Below are positions 18,202-18,918 of a stretch of 18,918 nt of DNA, one piece after another; positions within the stretch are counted from its first letter, which is position 1; every line of letters starts with the position of its first letter. The notes beneath the pieces are model-generated. The model saw nothing but the letters and a program-made list of their open reading frames with translations, made no database searches and was not told where the DNA came from. This DNA is from Nitrospinota bacterium. GTDB taxonomy: Bacteria > UBA8248. Both the position numbers and the translations under genes were made by a program. Where the stretch lies: NCBI GenBank assembly GCA_030754595.1, contig JASLZZ010000101.1, positions 1 to 18,918 of the forward strand, read 5' to 3'.

Positions 18202-18918
18202 TGTAAGCGGCGGTGTAAGGATGTACCCCCCGGCGGCCAAGAGCACCGGTACCGCCGGTGTATTAGTGGCCCGTCATCATGCTCTTCTATGAGGTCCGCC
18301 CCGACGGAACTGACGGAAGGCGGGGGGAATGTACAAAGTGGACCTGTACGCACGCGTTCGGTACGCCTGTCGTGTGGAGGGGAAGAGCATCCGCGAGGCT
18401 TCGCGAGTTTTCGGACTGCACCGCTCGACGGTGCGCAAGGTGCTTCGGTACGCGGCGCCGCCCGGCTACCAGCGTAGCCGGCCCCGCTCCCGGCCCAAGC
18501 TGGACCCTTTTACCGGCATCATCGACGAGATCCTCGAATCGGACCGGTCGGGTCCGAGGAAGCAGCGCCACACGGCCAAGCGTATATTCGAGCGCCTGCG
18601 CGAGGAACACGGTTTCACGGGCGGCTACACGATCGTGAAGGACTACGTTCGGGAGCGAAGGCTTCGCCTGCGAGAGATGTTCGTTCCTCTCACGCACCCT
18701 CCCGGCCACGCCCAGGCGGATTTTGGCCAGGCGGCGGTGGTGATCGGCGGCACAGAGCAGGCAGTTCATTTCTTCGTCATGGACCTTCCCCGCAGCGATG
18801 CGTCCTTTGTGAAGGCATACCCGGCCGAGAGGACAGAGGCTTTCTGTGATGGCCATAACGCGGCGTTTGCGTTCTTCGGCGGGGTTCCGCTCTCGGTTCT
18901 CTACGACAACACGAAGAT
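18202..18918 (+). mobile_element. IS21-family insertion sequence, left part (runs off window)
   Basis: Terminus TGTAAGCGGCGGTGTAAGGATGTACC at 18202, a subterminal partial repeat (CGCCGGTGTATTAGTGGCCC, ~18253-18272), then istA. Confidence 0.88.
18329..18918 (+). CDS. istA: IS21-family transposase IstA (partial, 3' end outside window)
   Basis: Manual translation: MYKVDLYARVRYACRVEGKSIREASRVFGLHRSTVRK...KLDPFTGIIDEILESD...KQRHTAKRIFERLREEHGFTGGYTIVKDYVR...PGHAQADFG...FFGGVPLSVLYDNTK (HTH, then the first two DDE aspartates). Absent from the ORF track because there is no stop in the window. Confidence 0.95.
   Translation, partial: MYKVDLYARVRYACRVEGKSIREASRVFGLHRSTVRKVLRYAAPPGYQRSRPRSRPKLDPFTGIIDEILESDRSGPRKQRHTAKRIFERLREEHGFTGGYTIVKDYVRERRLRLREMFVPLTHPPGHAQADFGQAAVVIGGTEQAVHFFVMDLPRSDASFVKAYPAERTEAFCDGHNAAFAFFGGVPLSVLYDNTK

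Noticed and set aside
18202..18246. In-frame GTG within the IS21 end that could restart the truncated aminotransferase
   Set aside because: No convincing SD, and the product would lack the N-terminal half of the PLP-binding domain.
18259..18295. Alternative IS21 left end at TGTATTAGTGG
   Set aside because: Aminotransferase homology stops at 18201, and 18202 begins TGTAAGCGGCGG, so 18259 lies within a subterminal repeat.

Overview
GC-rich bacterial chromosome segment, mostly housekeeping genes, with an insertion sequence at each edge. Left edge: the left end and first 18 codons of a probable IS481-family element, inserted 2 bp past the stop of a minus-strand mazG-recD2 pair. An AT-rich divergent promoter region carrying a near-consensus NrdR-box-like operator and a weaker second box precedes mutL. 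After a ~290 bp structured intergenic region comes a tightly coupled plus-strand run: guaB, a FliL-domain membrane protein, guaA, dnaE, lipB, exbB-like, exbD-like, histidine phosphatase. On the right, minus strand, a WecA/MraY-family transferase lies downstream of a DegT/DnrJ sugar aminotransferase that an IS21-family element has split just before its PLP lysine; istA runs off the window. No rRNA, tRNA or CRISPR array was seen. Best leads: (1) possible NrdR control of mutL/mazG, (2) a possible attenuator or riboswitch-like guaB leader, (3) an orphan FliL-domain protein with a TonB/TolA-like linker in the same gene run as an ExbBD pair with no adjacent TonB. All calls are from motif recognition by eye; no database searches were run.
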